Of a stretch of 64,000 bases of DNA, positions 57,601 to 64,000 are shown one piece after another; the first letter of the stretch is position 1, and every line of letters starts with the position of its first letter. The stretch is taken from assembly GCA_035623855.1 (NCBI GenBank), contig DASPSQ010000005.1:2093-66092 (forward strand), given 5' to 3'. The notes beneath the pieces are model-generated. The model was given only the letters and a program-made list of their open reading frames with translations, was not told where the DNA came from and searched no databases. This stretch comes from Thermoplasmata archaeon (GTDB taxonomy: Archaea > Thermoplasmatota > Thermoplasmata > Lutacidiplasmatales > UBA184). The position numbers and the translations under genes were made by a program.

Positions 57601-59351
57601 AGGCCAGCGAAGCCGTGCGCAAGGGCGTCGAGGTCCTACCGAAGAGCGTCGCGCTCTGGGCCCGGGAAGGCGAGCTCGGCGTCGCCCGCCAGGCCTGGGC
57701 CGACGCGGCGGGTGCGTACGCCCACGCGCTCGCCCTCACGCCGAGCGCGGTCGACGTCCTTCTGCGGGCGGGCTACGTCGCGGAGAAGCTCGAGCACCCG
57801 AACGAGGCGCTCGCGCTCTACGATCGCGCGACCGAGGCGGATCCGAAGAGCGTGGCCGCATGGACGAGCCGGGGCCTCGCGCTCATTGCGACCGGGCGGC
57901 CGGCCGACGCCGTCGCGAGCTTCGATCGTGCGCTCGCGCTCGACTCGGACTACGCTCCCGCAAAGGACGGGAAGAAGGTCGCGATCCAGAAAACGAAGGA
58001 CGCCGAAGTCCAGCGCTACGGCCGGGAAGCCCTCCTGCTCGAGGCGCGCCTCAACCGGACCGTCGCGAAGAACGATCTCTTCGTCACCCTCCACGTCCCG
58101 TACGAGTTCCTGGATGCGGTGCTCGCGGCGATCAGCCGGACGGTCAAGATCAACCTCGACCGTCTCGATTCCGCCGAGATCCGTGACCTCGAGAGCGCCT
58201 CGTACCACCTCATCACCTCTGCCCTCGAGCACCGCCCTCCCGGGATCGAGCGTCGGGGGTTCACCCTTGCCGACGTGGCGGTCCTCTCACCCCCCACGTA
58301 TACGCTTGACCAGGTGGAACGGCTCTTCAGCTACCTGCGGGCGGTTCTCGAGGCCGATCTGCGACCGGAGAATCTCGCCCTCACTCCGGACGTCGAGGAG
58401 CTCGCGCGCCAGGCGCTCGTCCTCCCGCCGGAGCAGCGAACGCTCTTCCAGATCGTGAAGAACCTCCGAGTCGGGCTGTACAAGGCGCGCCTCATCAAGG
58501 CCGTCGAGGAGGCCGGTGCGGCCGTCCATGCCCCGCTCCCGTCGCTCGACCTCGGCGCCTTCTCGCCGGAGTTCCGCACCGCCGGCGCACCCGAAGCAGC
58601 TCCGGAGAGTACGGTCCTCATCGAGGCCGCGGCGGTCGTTCCACCCGTCGCTGAGGCCGAGGTTGTCGTCGCTCCAGCCCCGACCGCGGGGGATTGGAGT
58701 GCGGCCCCCGAGCCGGCGGTCCCCGGACCCGCCCCCGCTGTCTCCCGGGGCGAACCGGCCCAGATGCGCTGCGTGGGATGCGGAGGGATCGCGGCGGTCC
58801 GCCATTCCTGCGGGGCCCCGCTCTGCCAGCACTGCATCGGTCAATTCCCGAACTGTCCAAAATGCGGGGAACCGGTCTCCGCGCTCACGACCCGACCCAT
58901 GGCGGGCGTCGTCGTCCAGTCGCCCCGCGCAAAGCCGGCCACCCGGCCCGCCTCCGCTCTCGGGAGCCTGAAGGGAGTGTTCCAGCGCTCCAAGCCCCCC
59001 GCGCCGAAGCCCGAGGGACCCTCGAAGCCCTCCGTCGCACGTCCGGCCGCTCCGACAAAGCCGGCGCCCCGTCCTTCGGCACCCCCTCCGCGTCCGCGGG
59101 AAGGGAGCGCCCCGAGCGCTCCCGGACCCAAGGGAGCGGCCCCGTCCTCTTCCGCCAAGCCCCCCGCGCTACCGGGCAAGACCGCGACCGCTGGAGCTCA
59201 GCCCCCTGGAACTCCACCGGGTAAGGCCGCCGCTACCGCTCCCGGTCCTGAAACTCCCCCAGCGAAGCCTGGAGCGACCGGCCCACCGTCGGGTCCGCCG
59301 GCAGGGGCCCATCCAAAGCGGGAGAAGAAGGACGACGAACCGAGGCTGTAG
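54687..59351 (+). CDS. Very large TPR-repeat protein with C-terminal Cys-rich (RING-like) finger and Pro/Lys-rich tail
   Basis: Many TPR-type units (for example AWTSRGLALIATGRPADAVASFDRALALDSD) and CVGC...HSC...CQHC...CPKC. TATTTA box at about 54655. Confidence 0.85.
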   Translation: MAEDDSAPVAKAPTGTDPIEEIRRQFQEVHAAEARPDRARYLSSLKGFFATVEAHSKELGPAASEIAPMLADVALAFSRASHPDLARRAVDLGLEFSPGSSALLHHKALLLLGQNQDLPQVLTLVDRALEGNPNDKGIWATRGDVLRLQGRAPEAVESYLHAQQLDASSTQYVDKALKLAPHDPHTLRAKLDLARALGGDVRALAACDELLAMNPDDLELVRARAELLAALGRGADALEPIQRVRAAHPDDARAALFHARLLYQLGQDEEAQAISKSIIEAPTPPEPAALEELAHLTEPKTPELALAARERLQAVDSRNVQNLLDLRALAMRLERPEPALKACQAILAAHPQNLEAMRGIAEIELAEGHHDAALEAYRDLLKAHPHALSESRKGLEAAREANRPDLVREFAQAILVEEPNDLAAQLGLARAFSSAGDAEGAIKAYDALLEAHPGELPYLLEKKEMVARTNDPGKLAPVLDELFRLDPTRTDVAIERGNLFLSLAYDRAEGSAERDQAARTALVSYERASSDPDAVDVAELGVARASRLVNDHDRAIRAYEAFLAREPNHMRNDILKELGHALRETGRYSEAAEAYGRAIGGGLEDSDLFWGAVDVLALLNQDARALQLLELLLRREPANPLYLRKRGQLLLKAGRRSEALSTLQEAVQAAHGDPHSYFEVAEALRAQGAYADALTYYRQGLGIDPKNRHGRLALAETLQLAGQYSEVPGIVDPLLNEEPNDLAAWKVRGDALRALGRPAEVLYSLRAILLLEPDNGPALLEKYRLHTEMNETKEAFETLSHLLSTTAPEAQDATLHLERGDLAASLGLTEEANVSYEHAAQIDPAYRTEIAIRRARLRLTAGRPDLALEVLDEGLKAAPAGAPPNIGALLLRAEILGALERPAEARAAYEEVRQREPKSPLALAGIARSMLEEGQHAEAAEFLRTAIPQAPPQESLYLLLGEAESGLGHLDKASEAVRKGVEVLPKSVALWAREGELGVARQAWADAAGAYAHALALTPSAVDVLLRAGYVAEKLEHPNEALALYDRATEADPKSVAAWTSRGLALIATGRPADAVASFDRALALDSDYAPAKDGKKVAIQKTKDAEVQRYGREALLLEARLNRTVAKNDLFVTLHVPYEFLDAVLAAISRTVKINLDRLDSAEIRDLESASYHLITSALEHRPPGIERRGFTLADVAVLSPPTYTLDQVERLFSYLRAVLEADLRPENLALTPDVEELARQALVLPPEQRTLFQIVKNLRVGLYKARLIKAVEEAGAAVHAPLPSLDLGAFSPEFRTAGAPEAAPESTVLIEAAAVVPPVAEAEVVVAPAPTAGDWSAAPEPAVPGPAPAVSRGEPAQMRCVGCGGIAAVRHSCGAPLCQHCIGQFPNCPKCGEPVSALTTRPMAGVVVQSPRAKPATRPASALGSLKGVFQRSKPPAPKPEGPSKPSVARPAAPTKPAPRPSAPPPRPREGSAPSAPGPKGAAPSSSAKPPALPGKTATAGAQPPGTPPGKAAATAPGPETPPAKPGATGPPSGPPAGAHPKREKKDDEPRL

Positions 59352-59456
59352 GCATCTCCGTCCTCTATCGCCTGGGCCGCGAGGGCTCTAAGACGAAACG
59401 CCTGGCAGGTCCAAGACCCGGGATGGTCCGAACGGGCCAAACCCTGGGCCTCACTC

Positions 59457-59465
59457 TCTTATAGT
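59457..59465 (+). promoter_or_regulatory. Putative TATA box of the SPFH/zinc-ribbon operon
   Basis: TCTTATAGT about 30 nt before ATG 59496 in an AT-enriched intergenic stretch. Confidence 0.5.
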
Positions 59466-59495
59466 CGCCCTGCATTTTTCGTTGGGTCGATCTCC

Positions 59496-60047
59496 ATGGC
59501 AACCAGCTCACCGACGCTCCAACCGGTGCGAACGAAGTGGAGCGCGCCTCTGATCACCGCCCTCTTTCTGGTCGTCGCGGTGCTCGTCTTTGCCGGGATC
59601 TACCTCTCCGTCACTTCGGACCACGGATTCTGGGCGCTGATCGCGATCGGCGTCCTGTCACTGATCTTCTCGGGCGGCGCGTACCTGATGGAATCGGTCT
59701 CGCGTCAGCCGACCGCCCAGCGATCGCTCGCCTGGGGGTTCTTCGGGATGGGGTTCGCGGTCCTCCTTCTCACGATCGGACTCGGTCCGACATATGGGGT
59801 CCTCTCGACCATGGGGATGATCTGGGGCCTGGTCATCGTCCTCGTGGCCCTGATCATCGCGGTCGCACTCATCGCCTGGCGCGTCCGGGCGGTCCGGGCG
59901 ACGCAGAACCTCGAGGTCTCCCGATCCGCCTGGCGGAGCGAGCCGCCTACCTCGGCGTTCTCGTACGCCGCGGCGAACTCCCCGAGCGTTCCCGCCACGG
60001 CCCCGCCGCCTCCTTCGAACCCGCCCCAACCCCCGCGGAGCCCGTAA
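59496..60047 (+). CDS. Hypothetical 4-TM membrane protein
   Basis: Four hydrophobic helices and a Pro-rich tail; first gene of the operon. Confidence 0.75.
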   Translation: MATSSPTLQPVRTKWSAPLITALFLVVAVLVFAGIYLSVTSDHGFWALIAIGVLSLIFSGGAYLMESVSRQPTAQRSLAWGFFGMGFAVLLLTIGLGPTYGVLSTMGMIWGLVIVLVALIIAVALIAWRVRAVRATQNLEVSRSAWRSEPPTSAFSYAAANSPSVPATAPPPPSNPPQPPRSP

Positions 60048-60048
60048 G

Positions 60049-60765
60049 ATGGCCGCCAATCCAGCTCCTCCGTCCCCCCCGGCTGTGCCCCCCGCCACCG
60101 GAGCGGCGTTGACGTGCCCGAAGTGCGGAGCGGTCGCGCCTCCGAACTCCCGGTACTGCAACGCGTGCGGCTCGTCGCTCTTCACCCAGGGCGGCAGTTC
60201 GACCGGGACCCAGGCTCCGGCGAATGCGCCACCGGTCGACCTTCGCGAGAAGGTCGAAAGCGACCGGGGGACCCTGAAGCGGCTGCAGCTGCTCATCCCC
60301 GGCTACCGCGGCTACCGCCAGGGGGAGGACATCCGAGAGGCGGACAGCTTCCTTCGCATTCAGGTGGCGGACAAGGTCAGGAACGCGCGAACGACCGTCG
60401 AGAACGCCCGGACGGCCCTCACGAACTCGAACCAGTTCCAGGCGCTCTACGACCTTGCGCCGTTGATCTCGGACCTCTGGCGGTTCGAAGGCGAGGTGCG
60501 CAACGCCGAACAGGGGTACACCGGAATCTCGGCCGCGGTCCGGATCAACCCGCAGCAGCTCGATCGGCTGTACGAATACGACTACGGGTTCGTCCTGGCG
60601 GCGGATACCCTGAGCCAGACGATCGCCCCTCTTCCGTCGGTCGCGGGCGGTTCGGACGGGGCGAAGACCAGCGCCCTGCTCGCCACGGCCCGGGGCCAGC
60701 TGAACCAGCTCGAGCAGGCATTCAAGGCGCGCATCCAGGTCATCGAAGGAATTCGGATCTCGTAG
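60049..60765 (+). CDS. Zinc-ribbon plus helical-bundle protein
   Basis: CPKCG...YCNACG, then IPGYRGYRQGEDIREADSFLR...LDRLYEYD. Confidence 0.75.
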   Translation: MAANPAPPSPPAVPPATGAALTCPKCGAVAPPNSRYCNACGSSLFTQGGSSTGTQAPANAPPVDLREKVESDRGTLKRLQLLIPGYRGYRQGEDIREADSFLRIQVADKVRNARTTVENARTALTNSNQFQALYDLAPLISDLWRFEGEVRNAEQGYTGISAAVRINPQQLDRLYEYDYGFVLAADTLSQTIAPLPSVAGGSDGAKTSALLATARGQLNQLEQAFKARIQVIEGIRIS

Positions 60766-60782
60766 GAAGATGGAGTAGAACG

Positions 60783-61943
60783 ATGGTCACCAACAACCCG
60801 ATACCGGCGACCGGCGGCAGCCTCATCGGCGCGACGACGATCAACTGGGAGGACGCCTACAAGGGGAACAACGTGATGTGGCGCGTCCCGCGCAACATCC
60901 GTCTGAACGACAACGTGGTCGTCCGCCAGGACGAGACCGCGGTCTTCTACCGGGATGGAAAGGTCCTCGCCTACCTCGATAAACCGGACCGCTACGCGCT
61001 CACGAGCTTGAACGCGCCGATCGTGGGCGGGCTCGTTCGCGCCCTGAGCGGGGTACGACAGGAGGCGGAGGTCTACTACCTCCAGCGCCGGATCTTCGAC
61101 GGGAAGTTCGGGAGCACCGAGCCGTACGTCTTCCGGGATCCGGACTTCGGCCTGGTCCAGCTCCGCGTCTTCGGCAGCTACCGCTGGCGGGTCGGAGCCC
61201 CGGACAATTTCATCAACCAGTTCGTCGGAACGTTCGGCGCGGTCTCGACGCCGGACGTCGAGAACCGCCTGCGCGACCAGATGGTCCTCCTGGTCTACAA
61301 CACCCTCGGCAAGATGAAGGACCAGGGGATGAAGGTCACCGACCTCGCGACCTCGCTCACGACGATCGAGCAGGCGATCCTCGGATTCGCCCCGCAGCAC
61401 TTCAGCCCGCTCGGGGTCGAGGTCAACCAGGTCCAAGGGCTCTCGATCAACCTCCCGGACGATGTCCAGGCGGCCGTGAACGAACGGTCGAAGATGGGTG
61501 TCCTCGGCGTGAACTACATGCAGTACCAGGCGGGCCAGGCGATGGTGGACGCGGCCAAGAACCCGTCCGGCGGCGCCGGCGCGATGGCCGGCGCAGGTGT
61601 CGGGCTCGGTGCGGGTCTGGGAATGGGGTACGGAATGACCGGCCAGATGTCCGGGATGTACGGCCCCGGCCCGGCGACCCCGTGCCCGAAGTGCGGCACG
61701 CTGGTTCCGGCGGGCAACCGATTCTGTCCGGGCTGCGGGAGCCCGATGGGCGGTGGACCTCCAGCCGCGACCGGGGCGCCGTGCCCGAAATGCGGGCAGC
61801 CGGCGCCCGCGGGCGTGAAGTTCTGCCCGAACTGCGGTGCCTCTCTTGCCCCGGCGCCTCCCCGCAAGTGCCCGAAGTGCAACCAGGACGTCCCGGCGAC
61901 GAGCAAGTTCTGCCCGAGCTGTGGCACCGCGATGACCGGCTGA
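60783..61943 (+). CDS. SPFH (band 7) domain protein with triple zinc ribbon, YdjI-like
   Basis: VVRQDETAVFYRDGK, FRDPDFGLVQLRVFGSY, SINLPDDVQ, AAKNPSGGAGAMAGAGVGLG, three CPKC..FCPxC ribbons. Confidence 0.85.
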   Translation: MVTNNPIPATGGSLIGATTINWEDAYKGNNVMWRVPRNIRLNDNVVVRQDETAVFYRDGKVLAYLDKPDRYALTSLNAPIVGGLVRALSGVRQEAEVYYLQRRIFDGKFGSTEPYVFRDPDFGLVQLRVFGSYRWRVGAPDNFINQFVGTFGAVSTPDVENRLRDQMVLLVYNTLGKMKDQGMKVTDLATSLTTIEQAILGFAPQHFSPLGVEVNQVQGLSINLPDDVQAAVNERSKMGVLGVNYMQYQAGQAMVDAAKNPSGGAGAMAGAGVGLGAGLGMGYGMTGQMSGMYGPGPATPCPKCGTLVPAGNRFCPGCGSPMGGGPPAATGAPCPKCGQPAPAGVKFCPNCGASLAPAPPRKCPKCNQDVPATSKFCPSCGTAMTG

Positions 61944-61987
61944 GTTGCTCGAGATTCCAGTAGAACGGTAGGGGGATCGAAACGGAC

Positions 61988-62968
61988 ATGTTCTGCACCA
62001 AGTGTGGCGCGACCCTTCCGGACGACGCCGTCTTCTGCTCGAAGTGCGGCACCCGGACCGGTGCGGGCGCTGGAGCGGGCGGTCCCGCCCCGTCCGCCGC
62101 CCCCGCCGCGGGAGGTGCCCCGACGCTCGGGGCCGCCGGTGTGCAGGAGCTGAAATGTCCGTCCTGCGGCGCTCCGATCCACCCGACCTTCGGCGAGACC
62201 GTCATCTCGTGCGACTATTGCGGCGGATCCGTCACGCTCGGCGGGCAGGGATGGAAGGAGATCAACAAGCACACGATGCTCTCCCTCAAGGTCAGCGACC
62301 CCCAGGCGGCCCTCAAGGTCGTCCACGGCTGGATCGACGAGGGGTTCTTCCATCGCCACGATTTCGAGGAGTCGAAGATCCTCGAGACGAAGCTCACGTA
62401 CGTTCCGTTCTGGATCATGCCGGTCTCCGCGTCGACGACGTTCACCTACCAGGCCGTCGCGACGAGCGTCGGCGCGACTGCCGGGACGATCGCCGCCGGC
62501 GCGCTCCTCGGCAACGCGCTCGGCGGTCGTCGCGGAGGGTTCACCGTCGTCCCGATCATGGCCGGCCCGGTCGTGAACCCGAACCGCTCGGACACGATCA
62601 CGGGCCAATACGAGTACCCCGTGATCGCCGTCAAGGCGATGACGACGTACCAGCCGAGGGACTACGCGTTCGGGCTCGGCGAGCGGACGTTCTTCGACAA
62701 GAAGACGATCCCAGGGGGGACGACGATCCTGAACGGCGATCTGAGCGAGGATGCCGCCAAGGGGTCGGCGCGCGCCTACGTCCAACAGCTCCAGGCCGAC
62801 GCGGCGCACAAGAAGCACAGCACCTGCTCGAACCTCAAGAGCGAGATCAACGTCGGCGACGCGGAGCTCCTCCACGCCCCGATCTGGGAGTTCAAGCTCG
62901 AGCACAAGGGCCAGCGCCAGACGATCATCGTGGACGGGAACGGCGGACGGGTGATCCGGACCGTCTAG
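61988..62968 (+). CDS. Double zinc-ribbon protein, YdjG-like
   Basis: MFCTKCG..FCSKCG, CPSCGA..CDYCG, YVPFW, HAPIW, IVDGNGGRV. Confidence 0.75.
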   Translation: MFCTKCGATLPDDAVFCSKCGTRTGAGAGAGGPAPSAAPAAGGAPTLGAAGVQELKCPSCGAPIHPTFGETVISCDYCGGSVTLGGQGWKEINKHTMLSLKVSDPQAALKVVHGWIDEGFFHRHDFEESKILETKLTYVPFWIMPVSASTTFTYQAVATSVGATAGTIAAGALLGNALGGRRGGFTVVPIMAGPVVNPNRSDTITGQYEYPVIAVKAMTTYQPRDYAFGLGERTFFDKKTIPGGTTILNGDLSEDAAKGSARAYVQQLQADAAHKKHSTCSNLKSEINVGDAELLHAPIWEFKLEHKGQRQTIIVDGNGGRVIRTV

Positions 62969-63026
62969 ACCCACGTTTCACGTGGCGGCCCTCCTTTAAG
63001 AACCCCCTGCTTCCTCAAATCACCGG

Positions 63027-64000
63027 ATGGCGCGCCGGGCGCCGAAAAGTCTCCGCCCGACCGTCGCGTCCGCCGCGGGCCTCCTGGCGGTCGCGCTGGT
63101 CGCGGTCCTCTTGCTCCCTCTCGGGACGACGGTCAGCTCGACGGTCCACGCACAGTTCCACGTCCCTCAGGGGCCCGCATCCGCCACCGAGCCGCGTACT
63201 GGAAGCGTGGCCCCACCTGCGACCGCTCATCGAGGATCCACCCGCGAGCTACCGGACAGCGCTCCAGTGAACCCGTCCGCCGGGTCGTTGTTCCGAACGG
63301 TCTTCCCGAACTACAACACGACGACCTCGTTCAACTTCCCCGGAACGGTCTGGGATTGGCAGGTCGGCACTCCCGCATTCATCCCGTCGACAAACTCGCT
63401 CTGGCTCCCGACGCGCGCCGTTCCGGCCGTCGGGGGACCGCTGCCCTTGATCGCGCCCGTTGTGGTCTACAGCGAGACGCTCGAGACGTTCACCGGCGTG
63501 GTCCCATCCGTTCAGAATTCCTCTGCGCTTCTCTACGACCCGTCGAATGGCCTCGTCTATTCCGCGGAGTCGTTCAACAACACGGTGGTAGCCGTAAGTG
63601 CGAGTTCCGGCGGCTGGGTCCAAACGTTCCCCGTCGGAACCGATCCTACTGCTCTCGCTCTCGACCCGCATTCGAGCCTTCTCTATGTGGCCAACACCGG
63701 GTCGACCAACCTCACCGCGATCAACTGCTCGACGTCCATGATCTGGAATTCAAGCATCATGACCGGCCCATCGCCTCGAGCCCTCGCCTTCGATCCGTTC
63801 AATCAACAACTTTTCGTGGCGGATGGCGGGGACCCGTGGATATACGACGTGAACACGACGACGAATGCGTCAGCGAAGTACGCAGCAGTCGCCCCCAATC
63901 CCCTTGACCTCGCCTTCTCTGCTTCGGGCCAATGGCTGGCAGTAACGAGTTCATCGGGAAGTAGAGTCACCTTCCTAAACACGACCCTGCCAATACCTGC
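63027..64000 (+). CDS. YncE/YVTN beta-propeller surface protein, 3'-truncated by the window edge
   Basis: Hand-translated: signal/TM GLLAVALVAVLLLPLG; repeats LYDPSNGLVY and VGTDPTALALDPHSSLLYVANTGSTNL. TTTAAG box at about 62995. Confidence 0.8.
   Translation, partial: MARRAPKSLRPTVASAAGLLAVALVAVLLLPLGTTVSSTVHAQFHVPQGPASATEPRTGSVAPPATAHRGSTRELPDSAPVNPSAGSLFRTVFPNYNTTTSFNFPGTVWDWQVGTPAFIPSTNSLWLPTRAVPAVGGPLPLIAPVVVYSETLETFTGVVPSVQNSSALLYDPSNGLVYSAESFNNTVVAVSASSGGWVQTFPVGTDPTALALDPHSSLLYVANTGSTNLTAINCSTSMIWNSSIMTGPSPRALAFDPFNQQLFVADGGDPWIYDVNTTTNASAKYAAVAPNPLDLAFSASGQWLAVTSSSGSRVTFLNTTLPIP

Noticed and set aside
1..64000. CRISPR arrays, tRNA/rRNA genes, IS elements, integrases
   Set aside because: No regularly spaced repeats, tRNA T-loop/cloverleaf, rRNA-like tract or transposase/recombinase motif was seen by eye. 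A covariance-model search could still find small RNAs.

Overview
A gene-dense, visibly GC-rich archaeal chromosomal segment. The archaeal assignment rests on TFB, Gar1, eIF6, S17e/S19e/L31e/L39e, TATA-like boxes about 25-30 nt upstream of many starts, and a class III signal peptide. The CoaD-NTPase fusion, YVTN surface protein and several conserved hypotheticals suggest class Thermoplasmata (inference). Recognisable blocks are: a proline catabolism cluster (P5C dehydrogenase divergent from a fused dye-linked proline-dehydrogenase-like complex); GNATs and a PadR-ABC exporter; a GH15 glucoamylase; glmM, Mut7-C, trm11, a site-2 protease and coaD; a ribosomal/eIF6 cluster; a MocA-XdhC-4-hydroxybenzoyl-CoA-reductase-like (hcrCAB) operon; tldD/tldE/purN; gar1-tfb; two tandem KaiC/RAD55 ATPases; EVE and HD proteins; a 1554-aa TPR protein with a RING-like finger; and an SPFH/zinc-ribbon membrane operon. 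The best candidate for an undescribed system is the tightly coupled operon at 25309-30957: a vWA(MIDAS)-helical protein, a TRAFAC/Ras-like GTPase, and a 985-aa protein with a GAP1/longin-DENN-like N-terminus and a long coiled coil. No tRNA, rRNA, CRISPR array or transposase was recognised. All family calls come from motif recognition by eye; no database searches were run.
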